Assembly: GCA_013239625.1 (NCBI GenBank)
Contig: MU053994.1
Span: forward strand, 1,553,775 to 1,617,774
Direction: 5' to 3'
DNA length: 64,000 nt
DNA from: Lama guanicoe
Lineage: Eukaryota
The notes beneath the pieces were generated by a model that had not been told where the DNA came from, did no database searches, and saw nothing but the letters and a program-made list of their open reading frames with translations. Below, one piece after another: positions 33,653 through 45,042 of this stretch; within the stretch, counting starts at the first letter, position 1, and each line of letters opens with the position of its first letter. The position numbers and the translations under genes were made by a program.

Positions 33653-34226
33653 TGCTTGTTCCAGCTCCTGTCTCTGGGCAACAAAGCACTCTAAGACCCG
33701 GTGGCTTAAAACAACAATGGTCACTATCTCTTGGTTTCCATGAGTTGACTGGACTCAGTGGGATGGTCCTCACTTGGAGTCTTTCAAGCCCTCAAATCCA
33801 GATAGTAGCTGGGGCTGAAGTCTTCCAGGACCTCACCTGGGCTGGACATCCAAGATGGCGTGCTCACGGTGCTGGTGATTGACAGGAGCTCAGACTGTCT
33901 ACCCGAGCACCTCCAGGTGACTTCTCTAGGTGGCTTGGGATTCTCTCAGCATCGTGACTGAGTTCCAAGAATGTCTTGAGCGGGAGCGCCAGAAGCTGAA
34001 CGTTTCAAAGACGCTTTCCAATGGAGAAGCATTCCAAAGGAGTCAGGTAGAAGCTGCGTGGCCTTTGATAACCCAGCCTAGAGATCTCATAGCACCACTC
34101 TCTCGGTAATCGATTGTCCAAGGCAGCCCCAGAGCCCACGCAGATTCAGGAGATGAGGACACAGACTCTACCTCTCAATGGAAGAAGTGCCAAAGAATTG
34201 GGGGAACATATTTTAAAACGGCTACA
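33653..34226 (-). mobile_element. MaLR LTR (MLT1G/H-like)
   Basis: 'gtggcttaaaacaacaa', 'ctgggctggacatccaagatggc', and end 'ttttaaaacggctaca'. Confidence 0.85.
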
Positions 34227-34404
34227 ACATTAAAAACAACTCTGCTCATTTTCCTCAACTTAAAGATCCTGATTGTGCTGGAGTCTAAAACACCAGCCTG
34301 TCTCTTTGCTCCTAATGCCCAAAGCATCTGGAGGGGACAGTGGAAGATTTGAAGAGAAAAATGAAGGGTACATTTTAGTTCTTATGTTTCAGTTGTCCTT
34401 TTAG

Positions 34405-34830
34405 GGTGCAGGTGACAAACCAGAAGTCTCCAATATGCATGTAGCCTGCAATGGGTTTAAAACATTGATCCGATATTTTAAAGGTTGGAGATTTCACGTA
34501 AAACTCGGCATTTTCAGCATCTCTTATAAAGTCAGATCCAAGCTAAATGGTGGCTGCCCCCTCCACACAGTGCTGACGTACACCAGTTAGCCACAGTACC
34601 CACCCATTTTCATGGCCCCCGCTACTAAGAGTGGAGATCAGTACCCCTTTATCTCCGCGCCTGCACTGTTTTTTTCCTCCTTGCTTTTGTTTTTGCTTTA
34701 GTTAGAAAAACATTTTATCTTCGTACCATGTCTTTATCAAAAGTGAGAATAAAACACTAGACCAAGAGGGCTGCATATCCAACACAAATGGGAAAAGGGA
34801 TTTTTAACAGGCATAGGAAAACGTCCTGTG
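34405..34830. mobile_element. hAT (Tip100/Arthur-like) DNA transposon relic
   Basis: 'ggagatttcacgtaaaactcggcattttcagcatctctt' and 'agaccaagagggctgcat'; subfamily uncertain. Confidence 0.55.
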
Positions 34831-34868
34831 TTATTTTTAATACGCACCAAAGAGGATGATGTTGATTG

Positions 34869-35007
34869 TTCTCATTCCCCTCCCTCTCTCCCACCTTCCC
34901 TTCCTCTCTCTTTCCTTCCCTCTCATCTTCCCTCCCTCCTTGTCTCCCTCCTCCCCTCTTCCCCCTTTCCTCTCCCTCTCTCCCTCTCTTTTTTTCCTCT
35001 TTCTTCC
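34869..35007. repeat. polypyrimidine low-complexity tract
   Basis: Almost pure C/T; uninterrupted from 34943 to 35007. Confidence 0.95.
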
Positions 35008-36184
35008 AACAGTTAGCAGGAGATGAGGAGACATGATCAATTCTTGTTAATTACACTGAATTGATTTCATTTTTAGTCTTTTGCTATTCCTTGAGTTAAA
35101 ACAGTTTTTCTCTCTCCTGCTGTTTGTCTTTGACATGACAGCCAACAAAATAAACATTTGGGAACCTCAAAACACTATCTTCGGTATAATAGACACATCA
35201 AAAGGCCTCCTGCAGAAGCCTAAAGTGGTCTCCCACATAATGTGGGTGGTCTGCTCTCCCCAGGGAGAGGCCCCTTGCCAGCCTGGCCCTGGGCCTTTAC
35301 GGCTGTGTTTATGTTCCAGGCCCAGAGAGGTAGCTACTCCAGACCCTTCGATCTATTGTTCAAAGTGCAGCAAACTATGAGACAGTGGCCAAGCCGTTTC
35401 TTTTGACTGACAACTCTGTCGGGTCCACGTTTGGGGTTCGACACTTGGCTACAGAGTCCTTGGTCTGAGAGAGGCCTGTCGCCTCTCCACGCTTGGCTTG
35501 GGGCTTTTCTGTTCCATCCACGTTTTCTAGCTCTCTTTTGATTAATTCCAGAAGTCTGTTTTCTTCTCTCTTTCTCTCTCTCTCTCTCTCTCGCCCAGAA
35601 GCTTGAGGACAACCTTCTCTGTCCCTTGTTTCCAGTTCTCCCTGGCATTTGGCCCAGGTTCTTCTACTGCAGATGACAAGTGCCTGCATCCCTTTACCAT
35701 AGACAACAGTCCTCAGAGCATCCCTCCTGACTGTATCTGAGAAGTCCCTTGAGAGGGGGCCTCAGAACATCCAAGTCCGAAATAGTCCTAAGCAGAACAA
35801 GGGAGGGGAGGAGCTAGAAGAGGGTCCTGATTACTACGTGGACCCCACTGGAGGACACTCCATGGCCCAGGTCTTTGTCTGTGGGACAGCCACCCACTCT
35901 GGCTGATGGCGGAGCCCTGTGAGTCCCTGCGTGGACTCCTAGGTAGAGGAGCCAAGGTGGGGAGAGGAGGAGGCTTCACTTGTCTCTATGTCAAGAAAAC
36001 AAATGTCTGTACAAGACATTTCCCCTCAAGAATGTTCTGATGTTTGAAGGCAGTATTCTCCCAAATCATTTCCTCAGGGGAAACCAGTCAGCTCTCCCAG
36101 GAAGGAAACTATGCCTAGTCCTGAGCGCAGTGTGCTGCTTTGACTCATGGGGGAGATGTGCCTGTTTAGTAATGAAACTGATTT

Positions 36185-36367
36185 TACGCATGCATACACG
36201 TGTGCATGTGCGTACGTGCACACGTCTGCGTGCGTGTGCATGCCTGCAGGTCTGCATCTGCGAGTGGGCACTTGTATGTGTATGAGTGATTGTGCCTGTG
36301 TGTGCGATGAGTGTGTCAGCCTGTGTGTGCATATGTTCATGTGTGTGTGCCCATGTGGACTTGTGCA
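36185..36367. repeat. degenerate TG/CA purine-pyrimidine tract
   Basis: Perfect RY alternation 36185-36225, degenerate thereafter. Confidence 0.85.
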
Positions 36368-36474
36368 TCACAAAAGATCACACAGAAGCCTAAAGGGCTC
36401 CCCACTGAGCCTTCACAGGTGACTACTTCCATCTCAGTGTCTGCTTCCCTGAGGATCTGAACTGATAGGCTTAG

Positions 36475-36740
36475 CCATCAAGGCTCAGCTCAAGCCTCAC
36501 TTCCTGGAGGTACAAAGGACCCACCTTTGTCCACGCTCCATGCCTTCTCTGGAGCCCTTGTAACCACCTCACCCAGAGCCCTTCTATCCTGCTCGACTCA
36601 TCCATTTCCTGTCCATCTCACCCAACAGCTGAGTTCCTCACAGGGAAGAAACTGTCCTATTAATCTCTGAATCCACAGTACATGGTAAAATACCGGGTAA
36701 CTCATAGACACATAAGGTTTGTTCAGTGACTGAATGAATA
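36475..36740 (+). mobile_element. L2 3' end
   Basis: 'ctgagttcctcacagggaagaaactgtcct...tttgttcagtgactgaatgaat'. Confidence 0.7.
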
Positions 36741-36966
36741 GGGTAGGATGTCAGGCTGAAGAACCTATGGATGTGGAGCTTGGAGAGTGTAAACATGGGA
36801 GAAATTCTTCGGAATGAAGAAAAGAAAAAAAAACATTGAAAGGGTAATTTCCATACTGTTCATGAACTTCAAAAGCCTGAATTCTAGGGCTTGACCATAA
36901 TTCTAAAGTTTCATGACCCCAGATACATGAAACTCAGTCTACTATTGCCAATCCTTTTTGTCTTTT

Positions 36967-37183
36967 TTTAAAATATATTTTTATTGAAGTATAGTCAGTT
37001 TACAATGTTGTATCAATTTCTGGTGTACAGCACGGTACTTCAGTCATAGAGGAACATACATATATTTGTTTTCATATTCTTTTTCACCAGAAATTACTAC
37101 AAGATATTGAATATGGTTCCCTGTGCTATACAGTTTGAACTTGTTTATTATATATATTAGTATCTGCCAAAAAAAAAAAAAGA
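36967..37183 (-). mobile_element. short L1 3' terminus with TSD
   Basis: 'tttattgaagtatagtcagtttacaatg'; TSD cctttt[t/c]gtctttt at 36953-36966 and 37184-37197. Confidence 0.9.
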
Positions 37184-39689
37184 CCTTTTCGTCTTTTAAT
37201 GAAGACATAGCTTTTATTTTAGAATAAAAGTTGCTGGGAAAATAGGCCCCTCTTTAGAGCAATTGGGTCCCCAATTCTCCTGGAATTCAGAGGACCACCA
37301 GTGTAAGCAATGATTGCTTGATTTCAGAAAATGGAAGCCTCCCAGAGCTAGCCAAAAAAAGGGCTTCAGGTAAGGAAGCTGGGGTAGTTCAGAGGCCCCA
37401 GGGCACACAGCACAGGCAGGTCTTAGGAGAAACGGCAGCTAAAAGCTGGGAGGTTAGGAGCCGGGGTCAGGGCCCCCTCGCCCCCCCAGGCCACACACTT
37501 CTGCCCGGCAGACCCTCCTTCCACATAAGACCAGCTGTTCATCACTTCCCAGATCAAGCATTCAACTGGGGAAACCAACTACAACTCCATGGGTCCTGAG
37601 GCCAAAGTGTTGAGAAGGGGCCGAGCTTGGGCCAGCTGTCCATGCCAGCTGGCTCTCAGCTATTGTCCCAGGGTGTGGGCTCAGAGCCACGAGCAGGGCT
37701 CAGGGAAAGACACGGGCCTGCAATGCAGTCACCCCCTCATCCCTGCCTCGCAGCCACGGAGCAGCCTGGAGAGGCAGAAAGGATGCCTCATTGTCCTCAT
37801 CTCAGAGATGACGAGGTGAAGGGCACCAGGTTTAAACTTTGTTTTCCTCCAGAGTGTATCACTCCATACCCCCGGTAACTTCATCACTACCCCACACCCC
37901 GCCCCTAGACTTTAATGTAATATTCAGGAGCGCTTACTCCCTGGCATTCAGCAAAGCCAAGAGCTCTAAAAAAATACTGCATTTAACATTTGAGGGCGAA
38001 TTTTTCTGTAATTCCCTCATAATACCAAAAATCATTCAAAGCCACTTTACTGTCAGAAAAGAGATACCGACGCATACACTTAGATCATTTAAGCCAAATG
38101 CCTTTTTAACAACATCTCTCAATTAAATATGCAGCAGAGATAATATTAAGTCTGAAGCATTTCATCCAGTTTAAAAAAAAAAATCTGAAGTGAAAGAATC
38201 CAAAATGTGGAATATCAGAAATTAGAATGAAAGTACCACAGCATCTGACGCTCGTCCAAAGGGCAGAACCGCAGGTCAAAGCTGCATCTCTCCGGATTTG
38301 TTGGCATTTAACTAGATGCAAAATGTCAGCCCAGAAAATGGCTTGTTCAGTGCAAATATTAACAAGAGCGGAGGGTGTCAGTGTGTAAATGGAGCTTCAG
38401 CCAAGCAGGGCCTTTCTGACTCAGCCCCTAAAGTCACTCTGAAGCAACCGGGGAACTTTCTTGTTGTTTATTTTCACCCTCTTTGCTGGAGGTAAAGCTG
38501 CTGGGCATTTGTTTCATGGGAGAAAAGGAGGGCTGGTGCGGGAACCACTACGCGAGATGGTTTTGTTTGCCTGTAGTGAGGTCAGTTTATCTTATCCTAG
38601 TGTGTCCTAGCCTCCCCTACCCAACCTTGCCCTAACCTTATCCGAGTCCTCCTACCCGAGTCTACCCTCTCCTACCCAATCTTCTCCTATTTTACACTAT
38701 TCTATTCTACTGTAATGTGTCTCCTGCACATATTCAGAGGAGACTGGCACTTAGCAACTTTAATTTATCAAGACCAGGAAGAAGAAAGAAGAGTTAAGAA
38801 AATATTTTCCTTTTTTTCCTCCGCACCGCACTAAGGAGGTTTCAGCAGTCGCTCAAAGCTGCACATTTCGCTTTCCATCCTTCCTCTCCTCTGCGCAGAG
38901 TATCCTCAGAAAGCTTTTCCTACTGGCGCCTTCCCCAGCTCACTGCACTTGCTGTCTTGCTCTGAAAAGGGAAGGTCGCGTGTGACTCTGATTTGGTGAC
39001 AGGTGGAAAGCTTAGAAAAGCCTTGATTTGAGGGACACGGAGGCGTGATGTCTGCCCGCCCTCCTCTGAGGTGGCGTTCTGGGGAATCCACCGCTGGCAG
39101 CAGTCAGCTCCTCCGCCTGGCAGCCCGAGAAACCGGATGCTCTCGGCCCCCCGAGAATGGATTGGCTCACTCGCCCAGCTCAACAGAGACTTACGTCTAC
39201 AAACCGGGATGACTAATCAGACTAATGCAGTGTGATGCCAAACATTCCCGCCAGCCTGACGATCACATTCTCTGCTTATGAGCAAATGATACGGGCAGCC
39301 ACATTACTTGACTGTGGCTTGGTGTTTAGAATGAAGTCTGGCTTAATTGGAGCATTAAAGGAATTGTTGAAGCGATATTAGATGGTTCATTCACCAGGTT
39401 GCTGGTAAAGCTGATGAGCTAGCCTCGGGAAGCAGGTAGGACCAGAGGGCAGCTGGGGAACCAGACCCAGGCCGGAGAGAACACCAGCTGGTCCTGCCAA
39501 CACATGACACACACTCGACTCCTTGGCTCGCTGGTATCTGCCGGAAAGTGGATGTCGCAGCCACTATGGCTGCTGCCAGAAAGAAGTCTCCACTGTCTTC
39601 TGGCTCCAGATTCAAATCTCTGGCAAGTGGATCTGACTGGCCAAGCCTCAGTGCACATGGCCAACCACGAGGAATGTTGCAAAGGCATG

Positions 39690-40101
39690 CGACTTAGTTT
39701 GGGTTTCCACAGAGGAAAATCCTGAGATGAGGATTTGAGTGCAAGTATTTTCCTGGGGAGTGAGCCCGGGAAGCACCAGGAGGGAAGTGGCGGGTTGAGA
39801 TAGGAAAAGGGAGGTGCCTGCTGTGGGCCACTGGGTTCAGTCTTCTCGGGAACCTCTGGGCGGCAGTATAGACCCTCTTGGAGTTGTCCCACCTGAGGGG
39901 TGAGGAAACTGGAGTTTTAATCCATCAGTTCCCATCTGTTGTTGGTTGAGCATGACCTTAGCCCTCCGGGGGATGTCAATTTCCCTGTCCTTCCAGTGTA
40001 CCCTGTACGGAGAGTCACGCGTGCTTACACTGGCACCCTCAGGAGCCATGAGTCCCGAGGGCATCTGTCGCAGGGAGTGCCCCGCATATTTAGCTGCTCC
40101 A
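39690..40101 (-). mobile_element. ERVL solo LTR (LTR33/LTR16-like)
   Basis: 'cttagtttgggtttcc...cctgagatgaggatttgagtgcaagtatttt...gggaagcaccagg'. Confidence 0.78.
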
Positions 40102-40715
40102 AGTGACAGTGGGGGGCTCTGCCTCCTGCCTAGATTTAGACAAAGGGTTCTGATGCCGGGCAACCAAAAAATACGACAACATGCCCTACACGTGGACGCC
40201 TTTTGCTCTATCTGCCAAACTCCTTCCTCCTGTGCCTCTGTCAACTGTCCCCTCAAAGCTGGTGGTTCCCAGGGGACTGACCACTTTTTGTTCTGGTCAC
40301 TGGGTACTGCTAATTGGTTCAGAGTGGTGCCTGACCCAAGACAGGCCAAATTAGAACTCTTCTCTGGGGTTCTCCAAACTAGAGAGGAGTCAGTTTTTCT
40401 CAAAAAAAGAGCAAAAAACAAAAACAAAAAACAAAAAGCAAAAAATCCATCCTAAGCCTGGAAAATTCAGAAGCTCTGAATGGGAACATAAGAGAGAGTA
40501 ACACATTCATGGGGAGTCTGAGGCATGCGCGAAGGAAGGCATCTCAGTGGCATTCAAGTCTCCAATACGGTGACCTGGTGGTTTCCATTTTTCCTACCTT
40601 TTTACTTTCCAGGGATCCTGTGACCCAACACATTGTCCTTTTTGCCTAAGCCTGCGACCCAAAGAATCCTGATCAATATGTTGAGGGTAGAAATGGAAGG
40701 AGGTAGTGGGATGGT

Positions 40716-41145
40716 TGCTGCAGGTTGAGGTCCCCGGGAAGCAGACCCCGAAAGGAGTGGGCACAAGACAAGCCAAAGTTTATGGAGGAGAGCTGTTGGC
40801 GTGAACGCCAGTGAGGGAGTGAGGGAAGCCGGAAGGAACTCAGGCTGTGATGCGCACAACTGAGAAGCCTCAGCCAACGCCCGTGGGGCTCAGGAGCTGA
40901 GATGGCCTTTCAGAGTTGTCCCATTTGGGGTGAGGACCCTGGGCCTGTGTACCCCTAGATGATCAGCCATTGGATGCAGGGGAAGGGAGTCGACCTGGGA
41001 AAAGGCAGCTCTCGGCAGCTGAGCCCATCCCTGCAGAGGCAGACAGATGAGGCCTTCCCGCCAGCAGCTCTCTCTCAGCAGCTGGGGGAGTCAGTCCTGG
41101 GGTCCTCCAGGGGAACGTGGGTGGCATATCACAGCATCCATTACA
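40716..41145 (-). mobile_element. ERVL solo LTR (LTR16C-like)
   Basis: 'gtccccgggaagcagacccc', 'gcctcagccaac...ggagctgagatggcctttcagagttgtccc', and end 'cacagcatccattaca'. Confidence 0.82.
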
Positions 41146-41279
41146 GTGACTTTAAGAAACATCTCTCAGAGAAGCCGGAACGAGGGCGCCCTCCTAGCAG
41201 AGAGGATACTTTGCCTAGTTAGTCGTAACTAGTTACTGAAGGCTCTATGTTTCGTATTCGGCAAGCAACGTCCTCTTTT

Positions 41280-41440
41280 ATCCCTCTCTGAGATTAGAAA
41301 TGCAGCCGTATTTTACAGACGGGAAATGGGAGTTTGGAGAGTTAAGAGGCGGGGCTTCACACCATAGATAACAAATCACACCCATTCTATGCACATCGGA
41401 CCAGTTTAACTCTGAGGGTAGCCCTCTAGCCACTATTTGG
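41280..41440 (-). mobile_element. MIR fragment
   Basis: 'tattttacagacgggaaatgggagtttggagagttaag'. Confidence 0.65.
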
Positions 41441-43659
41441 TGGAGCGGAGGGAGTTTCACAATGGCCTCCATATAGGCACAGCCCACCGCAACCCTGATT
41501 GTTACCTTTCTGCCTATAGAGAATCCTGAGACCTCACCGACACCCTCACACACTGCAGTGTAATTGTCATTGGCCCGCCTCTCTCCCCTCCAGGCTGGGT
41601 CCCTGCAGACCCCGTGGTGCACTGCAGCTCCTTCACCCAGGGGTGTTCAAGATCTGTTTCTTGGATGAAGATTAACCAGCCCTCTCTAGTACTCAGCTCA
41701 GGTGAATCCATTGTCCCGGCTGGAAGGAAAATCATGCCAGGCTTCCATCTGTTTTTAAATGATAGAAGGGCATTCCTACTCTTTGGGGAGAAACTGCAAA
41801 GATTGAATGAAATGTTTCTGCAGTGGAGGCTACGGGTGATCTGTTGACATGGTCTAAAGGGTTGTAGGTTGGTTAATGTCTTTCTGTACCATCAATTTTG
41901 TACTTTGTACCGACTCAGCAAATTGGTATGAATTTAGACTACTGACACAGACCTTGGAAATCATGTGGTTCCTGCAGGTTTAAGAAATGAAAGAACTTGC
42001 AAGGAGTCCTAACAGAGTCTGAGCTCATGACCTCTGTCATCAGAGCCCCAGGTACCCAGACTATTTTAACAGGAATAATGACATCTACCTTGGGGGATGG
42101 TCTGGTGATCCCTTGAGATAAGGCGTGTGCAGCTTTGTAGCACATGGTTGGGTGGGTGGAGATGCCCATTCACACGTGAGTTCAGTCTGTCCAGAACCCC
42201 AGAGAGCCAGAAAGAGGGCTCCCTAGCATGGGACAGGCTGGGTCCCGGCCACTGGTGAACTGCACTGAACGGGGCAGGCACTAGGTGGTGGAACCAGCTA
42301 TAAAAAGGGATAGAAAGGTCCCCTGAGCTCTGACAGTGGTGACATACAGCCAAGGTCTCACGGATGGGGGAGTCTTAAGAGGTTCCAGGGTTGTGATGGG
42401 CTGTGGGGTTCTGTGCCATCAAGTTTTGAGAGACTCTAGGCCAAGCTGGTATGGCTACAGATGGGCAGTGGTGTTTCAGGGAAGGCTCCAGTGGGCTGCT
42501 GGCCTGGACTGACCCCTGATCCCAACCCTGAGGAAAGGCTAGGCCTTCAGGTCAGAAATCAGGAGCCTGAGTCATGGAGTAGAAAGCTATGGAGGCGAGA
42601 AGCCATGGATGCCATTAGACCCCCAGGCCTGGAACACTGTCTCGTTTTAGTCAGAGCCCAGCCTTTTCCCTGCCCTCCCCAAAAGTCTGTGTCCTTTTGA
42701 TTCTGTCCCATCCCTGCCCAAGCCCGGGTGGGAGGCCTGGTCCTCTTTGCCTTCATCTTTCCCAAGCAGGACCGTCTCTTCCTGTGACCTCCACCAACAA
42801 TGAAACACCACAGTCATTAGCATAAGGACGCAAAAGTTCACGGATTTCCATTCCGCTCAGGTATGAGTAGGAGATTCTCCACGGAACGGCAGGCTTCTCC
42901 TCAGTTACACATGTGGTTTTCATTTCTCTGGAAAAAAAAAAAAGACTCCAGGTGCTGTTCTCCAAAATCTCAGCCCCACCCCCTCCTTGGCAGGCTCCCA
43001 ACTGCCCCAGTTTGTAGACGGGCCAGTGCTGGGGCCGACAGCTTCCAGCATCTTCCACAGTCACAGCAACAAAGATGAAAGATTGTTATGCACACTGGCT
43101 TTTCTTCTGTCAAAAACACTCAGAGATTTGTCCTCTGCACTTCTCAGGGTTCTATCTCCTCCTTTCTTTGCCTGTGACTGTGATGAACAATAGTGGAACA
43201 ATATTTTCAGGTTTCTTCCCCTTGTAATTCAAGGATCCTCACCCTAAAATCACAGGAAACGTGTCTCAGAGGCCTCCAGGGCTGTGCCCTGGGTCCCAGT
43301 GTCTGAGCCACCCAGACGTCACAACATCACCTCATTGGGGGTTTTTGTTCTTGTGTTTTGCTTTAGCCATTTTTTCTAAAGGAAACAGATACTACATCTT
43401 TTTTCCTCTGGGAGACTATCTTGGGAGGGAAAGGAAACCCTGGGAATATGCAGATGTATCCTGAAACTGAAAACATATTGTGGAAAGAAAATTATAATAG
43501 TAAGATGGCTCTTGAAGTATCTATGTGAGGAAATACTGTCTGAATGAAAAAGCAAGCTATCTGGGCAGTTAGGCTCACCCAGTGATGAAGAAGCAGTAAC
43601 TTGTTACCTGGGGGGGTTATGCAGAAGTTCTTATGGGAACAGCTCCTGCAGCCAGGTGG

Positions 43660-44030
43660 CCGGCTGGGCTTGGGATCCCAGCTCAGCTACTTACCTGTCA
43701 TGTGACTTGGAGCAAGTTCCTTAATCTCTCCGAGCCTCAGTTTCCCCCTCCATCAAATGTGGCTAATATACTGCCTCAGAGGTCATTCTGAGATTTTTAA
43801 AAACATTTTATTCATTTATTTTTATTTTTTGTGGGGAGGGGGTAATTAAGTTTGTTTGTTTGTTTGTTTGTTTTTTAATGGAGGTACTGGGGATAGAACC
43901 CAGGACCTAATGCCTGCTAAGCACACACTCTACCACTGAGCTATACCCTCCCCCCATGAGACTTAAATGAGTCACATTTGTACAGTTCTTGCTATAGTGC
44001 CTGGTACAGAGTAAACACCAAGTGTTTGTG
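43660..44030 (+). mobile_element. MIR split by a younger SINE
   Basis: 'tgtgacttggagcaagttccttaatctctccgagcctcagtttccc' ... resumes as 'tgagacttaaatgag...agtgcctggtacagagtaa'. Confidence 0.85.
43797..43955 (-). mobile_element. tRNA-derived SINE, camelid Vic-1-like
   Basis: Minus strand reads ggggggagggtaTAGCTCAGTGGtagag...gGGTTCTATCCccagtacctccatt (A box and mutated B box), then (AAAC)n, 'taattaccccctcccc' and an A-rich tail; approximate TSD tgaga[t/c]tt. Confidence 0.88.
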
Positions 44031-45042
44031 AAATAAAACTTCAGAAAGAGGGCTACCCTGAGCGCATCACGTGTGCCAACACCCAGGACACACTGGGCAT
44101 GCAGAAAGCACTCATCTTTCTCCTCATTGCTTTGTCCTCACTCACTTCACCCCACCTCCCTTTTCTCTATGCTCTTACCTCCATACTAATGCCCTCTCCT
44201 GCTGACTTTTATTTATCCACTTCCTTTGTTTAAAAGGGAAAATGAAAAAAAAAAAGGAAAAGTCTAATTCTAGGAACCACAGCAAGAGGAGTTGCCTTTT
44301 AATGGCCAAGAAAAGATAAAGTCAAAGGAATGGATCTCTAAGTGTAGAATTTGTGGTTGCAGATAAGGGGACTGCTTGGTGAGGCAGAGGTGGCAGGGCT
44401 GAGAAGGTCAGGAGGGGAAGACAGAGGATCAATCTGAAATTCCTCCAGGCAGGCAGCTGCCTCCTGGACCTGCCAGAAATGCCAGCCCCTACTGGGTACA
44501 AGGAAACATACTTCCCCCTAGGTCACTCCCATTCCAAATGGAAGCCCACGCATGTCCTGGACCAGTTCTTCCAATTATGAAAAAGGCCCCCAAACATCCC
44601 CTGATTGGCATACCACAAAAGCCGCATCCCCGCGATAATGATGATGATAATAGCGCTGGTAATCGCCGCGATGCAGCTGTTACTCAGCCTCATGCATCCT
44701 CAGAGCCTCCTGGGGATTGGCGGTATGCTAAGAATAGTCCTAGCGCCAGCATTCGAGAACAATCGGCTGACCCAAGTGAACCTTACAAGGTGGGATCCCT
44801 CTTGCTGAGTGGGCTGCCAGGTGTGAGGGGAAGGATTTGCTGCAAAAGCTGAGTCCAAGAGGAGCCTTGGCTGTGGGTTCCGGCTGGGAGGCCCCGAAAC
44901 AGGGACCAGGGAGAGACTTTTCTAAAGGAGAGCCTGTACCCTGGCTCCTAGGACCAGCTTCTGCACTGACTTCACTGCCCAGAGCAGAGAGATGAGTCAG
45001 CCGCATGCGTGATCGGTGAGTGGCGCGGAGAAGACCTGGCGC

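Noticed and set aside
39837..40455. Overlapping 196-aa and 169-aa ORFs
   Set aside because: They partly lie in an ERVL LTR and include an A-rich simple repeat; no recognisable domain.
43870..43955. tRNA gene
   Set aside because: A and B boxes are present, but the B box is mutated, I could not see a closing acceptor stem, and a SINE tail and TSD are attached.
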